The position numbers were made by a program, and so were the translations under genes. A DNA stretch of 64,000 nt from Eledone cirrhosa. Lineage: Eukaryota. Within the stretch, counting starts at the first letter, position 1. Every line of letters starts with the position of its first letter. Where the stretch lies: assembly GCA_964016885.1 (NCBI GenBank), contig OZ024753.1, positions 38,316,001-38,380,000 of the forward strand, in the 5' to 3' direction. The notes beneath the pieces were generated by a model, which was not told the origin of the DNA, did no database searches, and saw only the letters and a program-made list of their open reading frames with translations. This document shows, piece after piece, positions 1 to 14,400 of the stretch.

Positions 1-319
1 TCAGTTCAAGAAATATAAATGGGGACAAATCTATGAGAAATATTGATTTCTAGTTTAGGTATAATGCTAGCAAATTTTGGGGAGAAAGGGCAAATTTGAT
101 TAAATCAACCATGGAAGCATGAAAGACTAAGTTGAGCTTGATGGTAATGAACTCAGAATATAAATAGCCAGTAGAAAATTATAATAATATCTCTCACAAA
201 AAATCTTTCTTTTTACTTTTTGTAGGGGTGGGTTCATTGGTTTATTAATTTTTATTTATTCATGGTTTTTCTTTTAGGGGGTTTTGTGTGTTTACCAAAT
301 AAAAAATACTGGTACTTAC

Positions 320-373
320 CAAGAGTTGACAAAGAAGCCAAAGCAGTGGAGTTGGCAAGCTGCTTTGCTGGGG
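320..373 (-). CDS. PNISR: PNISR exon ([19 protein letters not shown])
   Basis: atgtaag|CC CCA GCA AAG ... G|gtaagt; 54 nt; resembles recalled vertebrate APAKQLAQSSALASL. Confidence 0.88.
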
Positions 374-3300
374 CTTACATACAATTATAAAAATCATAAT
401 TAGTCATGGTAAGCATTGAAGAAGCGTCAGTAGTAGGAAGACATCTGTGTAGAATATTTTTTTAAAAAACACACACACAGCAACTTGGGGCTGCAATAGA
501 TAGTGGCACACGTGCACTGCGCCTCCTGGCAGCCCCCGATCATGATGTAGTGATGACACACACAGTGAAGTCAGCATCAGCATTGATTTGGGGAAGTTAG
601 AAGGCTTTTCACTCTGAAACATAATTCTTGAACAGCATCTCATCAAAAAATATATACCCACATAAAAACTTAGGACATGTTACCAAGCAGTACAGCTCAA
701 ATTTTTTATTGCAAATATTTAATTTATTATGGCTAGACAAAAAATATATATATTGTTAGTTTAAAAAAAAAAAACATCCAATAAGGCTAATCATTTGTAT
801 ACATTATATACCAGCAGAACATCCAACAAGTGATGATGATGATGATGATAATAATGGTTTCTGATTTAGGCACAAGGCCAACAATTCTGGGGGACGAGAA
901 AATCGATCCCAGTGATTGTTACTGGTGCTTTACTTTATTGACTCCGTAAGGATAAAAGGCAAAGCTAACCATAGCGGAATTTGAACTCAGAAAGTAAAGG
1001 GCCGTAACTATATGCTGCAAAGCATGTTGTCCGACGCTCCATTCTGAGGTGTAAAATATTAAACAACTGTGAAAACTTTAATACATGTAGAAGCATGAAT
1101 ATTTTTCATTATGACAACTTTTAAGTCCAAATAATCTATTTTTTTTTTAGATGTGGGCGGCAAACAGAAATTACAATATTTTAACCCTTTTCATACCAAC
1201 TCACCCAAAAGCAGCCCTACTTCCATGAAACAAAATCACCCACTTTAAAGGATTCCTATTTAAATTTAAATCTTCCAACATAATTTTATATAAGAAGCCT
1301 GTTAAGTTATTACCTTAGTAATAAAAATCTTTTAGTAAATGTTTCTATTGATCTTCTTCCTATTGCTGATACTATCTGCCGGTTACAACTCTTGGCAAAA
1401 TAAAGGAACTGATAATCAGATCAAATCAAGGGAACATGGTGTCCATTGATGATACTATCTACTAGTCACAACCGGCAAAATATAGGAGCTGATCCTCAGA
1501 TTGAACCAAGGAAACAATGTTTGAATTGGTCACAACTCCTGGTAAAATAAAGGAGCTGATCATAAGATCGAACCAAGGAAATGTGTCCATTGGTCTTTCT
1601 ACAGCTGATACTATCTGGCTTTACAATATTGTCAAAGCTTGTTTAGTGTTGAAATAATTCCAAACAACTTAATCATTTACCAAACAAAGAGTGATATTCA
1701 ATTTTGAATAATGGGCAAAGTTTCCAGGTAAAGAAATCTATTCCATCACACAGGAATGTTCTTTGCTGAACTTTTCAGTAAAATAATATTTGACTGCTAA
1801 AAGTAAATCCTTTCTTTTAAAACAAACACATATAACGTCAGAGAGACGATTTTCTTCTGTAAAAGAAAATCGTTCACTTGATCAATATTCATGATTAAAA
1901 CATGTATTATATAATAATACAGTTGAAATATATTTTAATAACAACACTCGAGTGACCCCTCTCAATATTATACATGAGTCACTTGAAAGAATTTAATAAC
2001 ATATTCCTTTTATTTTAAAAATAGTTGAGCAAACAGGGCTGAAACTTTCTTCATAGATTAAAATCTGTTTTATATAATCCAATCAAATACAACACATCTA
2101 CATTGCCCCTAATACAACACATCTACATTGCCCCTAAAGACACAAGACAAAACCAAAAAAGATGTAATTCCCAGCTCATACCTATGTAGGTTTAGCTGGA
2201 CTCTATGAAGTTACATTTCATAGAAGATACCGGAGTCTTATATATTTAGGGGGCCCCATAAAAAGCAATGCAAAACAAAGCATCTTTCTCAAGAGCACAA
2301 AACATTACACAGTCCAGGAATCAAACCCACGAACTTATGATTGTGTTCAACACACTAACCACTAGGCCATACACCTTTACCTACTATATAGATTCTAAAT
2401 GAACAAGTAGACCTTAACTAAGTGTCATTCAAAAACCTTACAACAGTTATGCTTTACTGAAATCAAACAACAGGCTGAGCTAACACTAATTTATACAGAA
2501 GATACTAAATTTTAATTAATGTTTATTCTACGAATTATATCTATACACCATATACTATATGCTAATGTTTCAGCCCTGGACACCCAACTATTTATAATAA
2601 ATAGCCTCATATAACATACAATAGATATTTGCAGAATATACATTAAACATGTAGTTATGTATTTAAAGTGAATTGTCCATTATAAAAAATCTTAAATGTG
2701 AATCAAAGAGTAGAAAATAGCTTAATATTTTCTATTTCATAATTTCTATTTTGATTTGAGGAAGAGTTAAAAAAAGTGAAGAAAATGCAGGAAAAGCTTT
2801 ACAGGGTCTTTATTCCAAACATTTTTAACTTGAAACAAATAAGTTTGTCATATACCAGATATACTCCTGTAAAAGTCTTCACACTTGTATATGAGAACCC
2901 CAAATTTAGGATATCTCCATGTAACTCATGTGATGTGAAAGTTGACCTAGATTTTCACAGAGATTTGTGAAAAAAACCTATTATACAGAAGAAATTTGTT
3001 TTACCTAGCTATTATGTCCACAAGTGAAAATATTTATATGTACACGAGTAGAAATGTTTATAAGAACTATGCAGCTTTGTTTTCTTTTTGTTTTGGTAGA
3101 AATAAATTGTATTTTGATGAGTGCTTTGGATTGAAGAGTGAATTTCAGCCCCTTAAAAGCAGAATCCATGTAATAATAGTTGGCCCCATAAATTGAAGCT
3201 TAATAGATAGACTAAAAACCTTCACTTTTACATGAGTATATATGGTAGATCTTATGGCAAATATCATTCCACACATTTAAGTATTTACTAAAGGTTTTGT

Positions 3301-4970
3301 ATCTAATTAAGAAACCATTATATAGAGCAGGCAGAGGTGCAAAGAGTCCAGTTTTCAAGTTATAATTAGTTGTACTATGTTGTATAATGTTGCGAAAGAC
3401 ATAATTAAAGATACCCCCACTTTCCCTTAGCTTGTTTTATTCTGACGAAAGATAAGATTTCTTCTTAACTTAAAAATTGTGTGAATGAAATAAGAATGAA
3501 ATATTGATCTTCATATTTTTGTATTTTTAACAGAAATTTCAGATTAATACTTGTCTGATTTGATTCAAGGTAGTATGTTGAAATTAAAGAATTTATAGTT
3601 TGGAACAAAAAATCATTTTAGCCAATCCCCAAACACGCAAAACCTGTTAAAATTCATTTTATATTTCTTGGTGTCAAAATATTCAACACACCATGTGTGA
3701 CCAGGTTACTGATACATCTCCACTGCAGAACTGTGTCAGTGACCAGGTTGCAAACAGTGCTATGAAAATATTGACACCAAGAAATAAATACACAGAAAAC
3801 AACTTGAAGCTGATGATGAAAAAAAAATAATGTTATCTGAATAATATTAAAATCTCCCAGATGTTTTTCCTAAAAGAAAAACATACTGCTTGCTACAAAA
3901 ACAGAAACCTGTTTTATAAGAATATATACAGATACATACATATATATACACACACTACTACTATTAGTTGACCTTTTCTTCCCCAGACACAAAAAAAGAA
4001 TAAAAACACAATTGGTGAACATTTTTATTGTAAAAAGGCAAAGCAAGTTAACAAAACTATATAGAACATTTAAGTTGGACCAGTGTATTGCTATCTATCA
4101 CCTACACATGTATACATCAAGCAACCAGTATATCAGCTACTTATATACCATATTTCCTTGTGTATAATATGACTTGAGTTTGATAAGACCCCCTCCTACT
4201 TTTGAAACTAAATTAACAGCAATATATGACATACCTGTGTATAATACAACACCAGAGTACAACCACACCATCTTATCCTTCAAAATCCATGATTTCACAA
4301 ATATATTTTTTTACAATATTCAGTTATTTTTTATATTAACCCTTTAGTATTTACATTATTCTACATTTACTTTTGTATTTTCACTGTAAAGGCTTTATCT
4401 CACATAATGAATCTATGAGATTTTGATATTTATTTTCAGAGCAATACCGTAACATCAGTATGAGTAGTAAGTTGCGGCCGGTTTGAACAGAAAGGGGTGA
4501 GAGAATTCTGGCCATATACTGCCGGTTGAAATACTAATAGGGTTAAAAAATATAAAACAACTGGATGTTTCAAATTTTCTAAACACTTTTGCAATCTAGT
4601 CATTTGAAATAAGAATTTATATATAACCTCAGCCCAAAAATCTGAAAATGGGTACTTGTGTAAAATAAAACCCTGATTTTTTGCCCTAAATTTTAGTTTG
4701 AACCTTCTCATATTATACACGAGAAAATATGGCATGCATAAGCCAGCCAATATATATGTTATATATGTAGTAAATAGGTTAAGTTTTTCATTTATTTTTG
4801 CTTTCTTTTTTTAAATTACATATGAAAATATATTTGAAATCAGTGATATTACAGTCAAAGTAGTTCGTATTTGTACGTGTAGGTTCTGTTTGTCCCAAAT
4901 GGGAAAAAAATGTAACAAACTATAATTCCCATTTACCTAATGTTAACGTGAAAGTATTTCTTCTGCTAGG

Positions 4971-5030
<60 letters not shown>

Positions 5031-5101
5031 TATATATATATATATATATACATATATACACACATACACATATATATATATACACATATACATATATATA
5101 T

Positions 5102-5142
<41 letters not shown>

Positions 5143-5424
5143 AGCATATGTATATATCTGGCTGTGTGGCTACTAAGTTCACTTTGCAATCACAAGGTTC
5201 TGTGTTTGATCCTACTGCATGGCACCTTGGGCAGAGCACTGCATTGTGAGTGGAATTTTGGAGACAGAGACTGTGCAGAAGGCCCAGCTATGTGTATGTA
5301 TGCCTCTAAGTTTGTTAATGTCCTGCAACTTAACAGTCTGATGAGCGCTGATCATTGGAATAATTATTTGTAAATAAGCCAGGATTGGTACAAGAAGGGG
5401 ATCTGGTTGAAGTCCAAACCATGA

Positions 5425-5462
<38 letters not shown>

Positions 5463-8400
5463 AGATACTGGTTGTCTGCTCAATACAAAGCTTGACCACT
5501 TCGGTGTACATGATGCTCAGTTTTGGCATGAGATCTTATGTGGTTTTATGGACCAGACATACTTTTGAAGCTACCCAAATAAATTGCATATTAATTTTGG
5601 TGCAGTTTGGACAGCCTGTATATTTTGGTGAACTTAAATATATATATATATAATCTCAATCATCTTCCAATCAAATCGAAGGGATGTACTCATATCAGAT
5701 GTCTTGATCTCCCGTTGCTGTTCATGTTTCCAATGCAGTCTTCAATTTGGTCACTTTTGAAGGTAGAGCAATGAAGTTACTGGGTTGTCTCTTCCCCAGT
5801 TAATCTAGCCATATACTGACTACCATAACATTAAATTTGATATTTCTTCAGGATATCTCTCAGTGACCTTGTCTCCCACAATTAATTTAGCCAAGTGTTG
5901 GCTGCCATAGCTCTAGATTTGAGACAAATTCATTGGGATGTCTCTCTCAGTAAGTTGCCAATTGTCATCTTTGCTGAGCTACTTTTCCAGTTAATTTTAG
6001 CAGAGCATCATAAAATTCCATATTGGTGGCAGTGTGGCTTTTCCAAGTGATGTTAAGGACCATCCATAACATGCGGTAGTACATTCCATCTAGTTCATTT
6101 TTCAAGCTTCTATATGAATGCCCAAGTACCACAAACTTATAACATCTGTCGCTAAAAAGCGTCTCATCTTAATACTCTTCATTGGGGGTGACTTCCAGAT
6201 CTTTGATAATTTATGATATATATATATATAAGTATTAAAGTCTATGCAAGCCCAGAGCATAACATGCTTCTTTTTTTTAAGTATTGCTGGGTGAGAAAAG
6301 TGAAACACCCTATAGTTGTCAACAACCAGTGGATGGAATAACTCTTCTTACCATTGTATGTCAAGTGTACAATTTGTGAAAGTATAGGAAATGGTGCTTC
6401 TGTGTGTATGTGTATATAGTATATATATGTAAACCATATTCCCCATTGTGGAAGACACTGCCCACCCACCACGACCACCAAAATAAGTCTGAAAAAATTT
6501 ATCCAGCATCTTGGAGGTTGAGTGTTATTCGTGAACTATTTTTTTCTTTTTTAATTTAGTAACTCAAAATGGAATTATGTCTGTGATGCTGAAACATCTT
6601 TGACGCCAGAAAATACAGTGTGACCTTTTTTCTTCGTGTTCAATGCCCTCTCTCTCCATAATCCAAAGAAGGCAGGCAAGCCACCAAGCTGTACACATAA
6701 TACCCAGATAGTGCTTCTCCCAAAATACCACTTTCTATCTTTCAACCTCCTTATACCCAAAGCATTTTACTTCATTCTTATTAAAGAAACTTATTTTACC
6801 TTCAACAACTTTCACAATTTTAATGTTAATATTATTATTGTTTCTTCCCTCAGCTTCTAACGCTGGAAATGTATTAGTGATAGTTGTTCACTACCAGTGA
6901 ACTGAGGTAACGACCCTTATTTTCCGAGTACCATTCGGAGTGTCAGAGCTGTTGCAAGCAATGCTTTTTGTGTTCCATCCGTATTGCAATCCCTATTTGT
7001 TTAATGTACTTCTCAAGATCTCTACTCACTGTTCCTAAGACTCCAACTATTATTGGTATTACCACCGCCTTTTTCAGTGACCACAACTGCTTACCTTCCA
7101 AGCTAACCTGTCATATCTATCAATTATTATTATCATCATTATTTTCTAACCAAACAAAATATTCAAACCAAATTATTTTATAGCAACAGTGCTTAATAAA
7201 CCTTCTTTATATCAAATCAAATATGTTAAGATTTCCAACAAATTGTTGCTTATATCCTTAAATATCCAAAAAAATGTATACACATATTTATTAGAATGCT
7301 GTTGAAGTGTGTATACATTTTTGAGGACACCCTGTATTTAGAAATATCTCTAAAATAAATATAATTAAGGTAGCATATCAAAATCTGTTGGATGAATTCT
7401 TTCAATTCCTGTTCATCAGACAGTCCCAGTAACATTTCAAGCTTCATTAATTACTTGATATAGAGTGTGTATTTCATCGGAAATATTGTCATGGATGGGT
7501 TAAATAATATTAATATATCTGACAACATTTTGTCGCTTCGAGTGAGTTGAAATGCTTAGAGAAGGTCGAAAATCTCAACAGAGGAAATAATTGCGAACAC
7601 AGCTAACAAAATCGGGTAAAAAACCCCAACAGAGAGATACAAAGTTTGATTCTCTGTAGCAGCTGCTGGTAGCCACTTTTTCTGTCTAAAGGGATACTTT
7701 ACTCAGTTACTTGCCTAAGATGTGTTTACAGTTATTTCCTGCGTTTAAGTTTTTCTACATTTTCTAAGCATTTATATATATTTAAATTTATTTAAATGAT
7801 ATAAAGGACGTTGCAGCAGGAAGGTACCATGAGTGATGAAGAAATAACTTGGGAGAGAACGAAATCATTAATAAGATAGCAATAAAATGGAATGATATGA
7901 GTACAAAATTACCTTTAGCCGCTCGGTTTCTTGCCTTGAAATAAACCTCCTTTGCTACAGCTTCAATTTCTGAATTTGTCACATCTAATAATATCTCTGT
8001 TAAATATCTTCGGACTTTTATTTGCTACAATGAAATTAATAGATAATATATAATAATGATTTCTACCATAGGACAAGGCCAACAATGTTGAGGGAAGGAA
8101 AAGGCAATTAAATCGACCTGTATGAGTTAATAACAAATATTTTGATACATCCTGAATAACTGAGGCTGCAGGTATTGTTCATTTGGGCAAATTTTCTGCT
8201 TAAATCAATGATTGAGATTATCAAATTCATAAGAAATAAAATATTTACCAATTCAGCTTCTTTTTCTTCTTCAGTTTTGTAAGCATCAGGTGATGGTGAA
8301 CGTTTGTCAATCTTAGACACTGGTTCTTCCTGGGGACTTTTACTATCACTACCTCTGGTCTCCTCCTCATCTGATTCCTGGAAATAGAATAACACCAACA

Positions 8401-11400
8401 GATTGTTAACCCTTTTCAGACTGTATTTCGTTCATTTAAATATTGAAGAATTTGGAGAGATATACTAAAACTGTTAATTATATCATTATTAAGATGGTAT
8501 ATTAAGGGCAGTGGATTAGCAGTATCGGTAGATACTTTGCAGCATATAGCTACATCTCTTTGTATTCTGACTTCAAATCCTGCCAAGGTTAGCTTACAGG
8601 ATCAAGTGATTGATCGAAATTAATGTAAAAGCAAATAGACGAATGGCAAGACCAAAAAAATAAAACGTTGGCTGAAGATAATGGAGGCGGAAATGAAAGC
8701 CAGTGTTGGTGAGAAGGCATGTAGATGATAGGGAAAAGCAGAAAAAACTTGTCACAGGGCCTATGGAAAATGGCCTTCAAAGGTTCATTGTCGTTGTTGT
8801 AAAACTGTTATAATTTAGTTACTCCACTGCCGTACATGATCCAGAAATAATACATGGCAGAATAAACACTGAAATCCACACCAATAAAAACTACTTACAA
8901 AGCGACTTTTGCTGACTGTAAATTCTTCTTTTGTCTCAAGTTTTCCTTCAGCTCTTTCTTTTAATACTTCTTCTGTGGCCTCTTTCTCAGCGCTTTCTTT
9001 TGCTTTCAATGCTTCAATTTGCTCTTTATCTTTTCTCTCTTTTTCTAACTTTTTCTGCTTCTCTCTTTCCATTTTTTCTAGCCCTTCTCTAATCCAGGCA
9101 GGTAAATTTTTTCGTTTTGTTGCATCTGAAAACCAACAAAAACACATGTAATTAACAAACATTTTCATCCAATATAAACACACCTGCAATTAAAACACAT
9201 TTTCTCTCTACACAAAACAGAAATACACCTGCAATTAAAAACCATTTTCTCTATCTACTCATCATTAATCTATAATTCAACCACATTTTCCTGACTGATT
9301 ATACTGATGATGAATCCTGTCAGTTTAGACAATAAGTATTCAGTTATTCCATCAACTAAACATCCCGAGTAGCCCTTCCGTGTGATGTCACTGGTGCCAA
9401 GCAGTATCAGCTGTTACTTTTCTCTTGGACATTGGTGACACAGAGTGGGGAGATTTGCATGTATGTGTGACATTTTAACTTTTTAACCTCTCTTATACAA
9501 ATTCCTTTTTTCAAACTTTCTATCGACATACATTTCTTAAACTTTCCGAATAGTTTATCAGCAATACTAACCAATTCCTGAATCATCAACTGGAGCAGGA
9601 GGAGGGATGTGTGGTTTGGGCGGTGACCTGTTCCGATTACCACGACTTGATCGGTAGCCTCTGTTCTGGTTTTGGTCATGCCTCCAGTTATCTTCACCCT
9701 GGGATAAAATAAAAGATAAATTTTCTATTTACTTAAGAAATAAATATTTAAAATCAAAGATAGAAAACAGCCCTGTCAAACTCATGCAAACATTGAAAAG
9801 CAAACATAAAAGGATGATGATGATAAGCATTTTAAGGCCATGTTTCCTGTTAAAGTAGGGGTTAGCCTTATGGGTCCCATGGCTAGCTTCTCCATTTTCC
9901 CTATCATCTGTATCCTCTTGCAGTAGCTTTTCTCTCCTCCTCCATCATCTTTAGTCATGTCTTTCTTGATCTTCCCCTTCCTCAGCTTCTTCTGCATTCA
10001 TTTCCATCACTTCTCTCTTCCAGCCACTTTCATCTTTCCTCAACACATGACCCAGCCATCTCACTCCATTTCTCTTCACAACATCCATCACTGGCTCTAT
10101 TCCCATCATCCTTTGCAGTTACATATATGCTATTCTAATTTACAGCCCACATCTATATAGATTTAGCTGGCCTCATATGAGTTTGTATCTCACAGGAATA
10201 TTCTCAGGTGTTTTAATTATAGGAGTCTCAGCCCTGTCATGAAAATCAACAGGAGATGAAGTGTCCTGCTTAAGAACACAATACATCCACAGGTCTAGGA
10301 ATCGAACTCACAACCTTATGCTTGTGAGTCCAACACCTTAACCACTTGGTCATATATATAACTTAAATGACACAGACATTGTTACATAGAAGATGAAACA
10401 TACCCAAAATACAATGAATTAAAAAAAAGATCATGTAACATATATGTTTGTAGCACTGCACAAATCTGAAATGATTAAAGAGATTGAAATAAAAAATAAA
10501 ATGAAATTTACAGCTCACACCAATACAGGTTTAGCTGGTCTACTAGTAGGTTGTGTCTCATAGGTTTCTTAGGTGTTTTAATGATAGGGATCAGCCCTAT
10601 CATGGAAAGCAATGTCAAAATAAAGTGTCATGCTCAAGAACACAACACACTGCACTGGTTCAAAAATGAAACCCATGATCTTATGATTGTGAGTGCAACA
10701 CTTTAACCACTAAGCCATAGAAAGCAATGTTGAAATAAAGTATCTTTCTTAAGAACACAATGCACAACCCTGGTTCAGGAATCAAATCTATGGCGTTATG
10801 ATCACGAGTCAAACACCCTCACCACTTGGCCACACACTTTCAGTCCTCTCATGGAGGGCAACATGAAATAGAGTTTAGTCCATGAGCTGAACCCACAACT
10901 ATATGATCATGATTCCAACACCCTAAACACTAAGCTGGCTAAACCTACACAGGTGTGATCTATAACAACAACAAACAACAGTCATATAGATGCTATCCCT
11001 TGGTGCTGACCCTTTTAATCACCTCTTATGACACACAGGGATAAACTGATATGGAAACAAAGGGGTGAAAATAAAACCAACAAAAATAAACCTCAGTCTG
11101 GAAATTCCTTCAGACAACCACGAGAACCTAAAAGGAAGTTATACTTACACTATTCATATGATGTCTGTGACTGGGGATGCGTTCATGTCTAGGCAAACTC
11201 ACCTGTTGATACCTAAACTGTTCGTTGCTATGGTGATAGTCAAAGTTTTGTTGGAAGTTGTTGTTGCCGTGAACGTAGTTGTAAGATTGATTATCCTTCA
11301 AGACAAAGAAAGAAAGAAACAATTTGACATTAAAGGAAAGTCAGAAAAAGGGAGAATCATCATCATCATTTTACGTCCGCTTTTCCCTGCTTGCAAGGGT

Positions 11401-14400
11401 GGAACGGGAACTGATTCTGGCTTGATTTCTACAGCTGGATGCCCTTCCTAACACTAACCTCATTTACAGTGAGTGCTGGGTGCTTTTTTTCTGTGGCGCC
11501 TACACGTCCACTTTGCAGTGTGGGCTGGGTGCTTATTTGCCATGGCACCTACACGTCCACTTTGCAGTGGAATGATAGAGTCCCCATTTCTACAGCTGAG
11601 TAAACTGGAGCAATATGAAATAAAGTGTCTTGCTCAAGGAAACAACACATCACCCGGTCTGAGAATTGAACTCACAACCTTTCGATTGCAAGGCCAATGC
11701 TCTAACCACTAAGCCATGCGCCTTCAAGAAATATATTACAGTAGAAATGTATACCATATGAGAATGCTAGAGTGATGTTTCTGGATGTTTATCCATCATC
11801 AGTGACACTCACAGGTGAAAAACTGTAAGTTTTTTTTTATGTATTAAACATTGGCTTGATGTTCATCTACATTCTGTGCAAACTGAGTGGCTAGGATTAA
11901 TTAGCAATAGGACTAACATAGCACGGTTCATCATAGGGTGTATATGAAAGTATATACAATATGTTTATTTATAATAAATGTACAAGTCTCACTATGAATG
12001 TTTAGTAAACATAAACATATTGTATATGCTTTCATGTACACCCTATGATGAACCATGCTATTGGTGTACTGCTAATATATATAAACACACACATATATAT
12101 TCTTGTCTGATGATCCTGTGAGTGATCAGAGTAAAAAGACTCATGATTTTGTCATATATATAAACAAATGAGGTCGTGTAGGTGTCACGATAAAAACACA
12201 CACAGTCCACGCTGTAATGTGGCCGTGTAGGTAACACGGTAAAAACCTCCCAGTCCACACTGTAAACGTGGTTGGTGTTGGGAAGGGCACCCAGCCGTAG
12301 AAAACCCACCAGACGTGTAGGTGTCACGACAATAAAACACACAGTCCACGCTGTAATGTGGCCGTGTAGGTAACACGGTAAAAACCTCCCAGTCCACACT
12401 GTAAACGTGGTTGGTCTTAGGAAGGGCACCCAGCCGTAGAAAACCCACCAGACAGTCCTGAGCAAGACAACCACTCTTGCCTCAAGTGGGACAATTCCCG
12501 TCTAGACCCATGCTAGCATGGAAAATGGACATTAAACGATGATGATGATGATGATGATATATCATGTATATATGACCATCATCATCAATGTTTAACGATA
12601 ACATATATTATTATAAAGAGAGAATTACTCATACCTTATGCTCAGACACAGAGTGGTGTTGCATGCCCCACTGCGGCATCCCCGAACCTTGATGGCCAGG
12701 AACATTCCAATTACCCATATTCCAATTCCAGTCTCCAGGGATTGGCTGATTTGGGGGTGGTTGATTTAATAAAGGAAGGTTGGGTGGCATTGACTGATTA
12801 GAGGGCATTGAAGCTGGGCCTTTGTAAACTTCAGTATTAAAAATATAAAATTAAAACAAAACAATCATTATTATATAATTACCATCAACATTACAAAACA
12901 TTACAATATATTTAGAATATCATTTTCACTTTCATTCATTAAAAATAAATTAAATTAATAAGTTGTTACAGAATTCCTATAAAAATAATAGGAAAGGAAA
13001 TATTTAGCTCCCACCTATGGTAGGTGTAGCTGGCCTTTTACAAGTTTGTATCTCACAGGAAGTTTCTTTGGTTGTTTATTGATAGAGGCCCCAGTCCTAT
13101 AATGTTATTGTTAAGGTTCACATCGCTCTATGTTTAGCTGACTTCCTATGAGGTTGTATCTCATAGGAAGGTTCTTCAGTGTTTTAATGATAGGTCCCAT
13201 CATGTTGTTAAAACCTCACATTCCTGTATATCTAGCTGACTTCCTACAAGGTTGTATCTCATATGATGTTTCTCGGGCGTTTTAATGATAAAGGCTCCAG
13301 TCTCATTCATAATTCACATCTTTGTAGGTTTAGCTGACTTGCTATGAGCTTGTATCTCATAGAATGTTTCTTGGATGTTTTAATCAAAGGGTGTTCCAGT
13401 CCTATCATGTTACAGATCACACCTATGTAAGTTTAAGCTTTTCCTATGAGGTTATATGTCTCATAGGTTTCTCGGGTGTTTTAACCCTTTTGATACCAAA
13501 TTGTCTGAAACTGACCCTGGTCCTATCATAAAAAGCTGTTTATTTTAAATTGGTTGTATTTATCTAAAAACCTTCCATTATAATTTTATGTAATAACCTT
13601 TACGTTATGCTCTTAATAACAGCTTAATAATGATAAAATTAGTCGCATTACCAAATCCCTCTAAATTCTTATTTATTTTTAGAATGATTTTAAAATTTAA
13701 GCAGTATCTACTTTTCATTAGAAATATGGTAATGGAAATGTTAAAGATAGGGGCCCCAGTGCTATCAGGAAACGCAAAGTGAAATGAAGCATCTTGCTCC
13801 AGAACACAATGTGGGGCCTGGTCTAGGAATCAAACCCAGGACCTTATGCTTGTGAGGCCAACACTCTAACCACTAAGCCACATGCATTCACATCACAATA
13901 GCTTCAAAGATGATCCCAAAATAGCAAACTTTGCCTACCTGAGTCACGATTGCCCTCGTTTTCACCATCGGAGATATCCATTTCATTCTGGTTCTCGCCA
14001 ACACCACCACCACCTGGCTGTTGCTGGGAGTGGGGGTGAGAATGAGGTGGTGGCGGTGGAGGGACATGCTCAAGCATCATTTGCGGCGGAGGGACTGAGG
14101 TTTCAACGTCGGGAGTCTTCCCGTCGGGCGGTAGGGGCGGAAACAGTGGGAGTGGGGGTGGTGGTGGTGGTGCGGCATTCTGAGGTGGAGGGGTCTGGGA
14201 AATCTGGTGCATCGGCAGAGGTGGCTGGCATTGCGTTACAGGTGGCAATGGCTGCTGTTGCTGTGATGAAGTCTGTTGCTGCTGCTGCTGTGGTTGCTGC
14301 AATGGTGGAGGGGGAGGTGCCTGGGATGTATCATCAGTTGCTGGAACTGCCGCTGTCCCTGTTCCAGAAGACATCGCCTCTCGCTGAGCAATCCATTGTT

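Noticed and set aside
4943-5373. YIYI-type ORFs
   Set aside because: (TA)n microsatellite translation.
9310-9410. Intronic snoRNA candidate in PNISR
   Set aside because: No canonical C box (RUGAUGA) with terminal stem, and no H/ACA layout on the sense strand.
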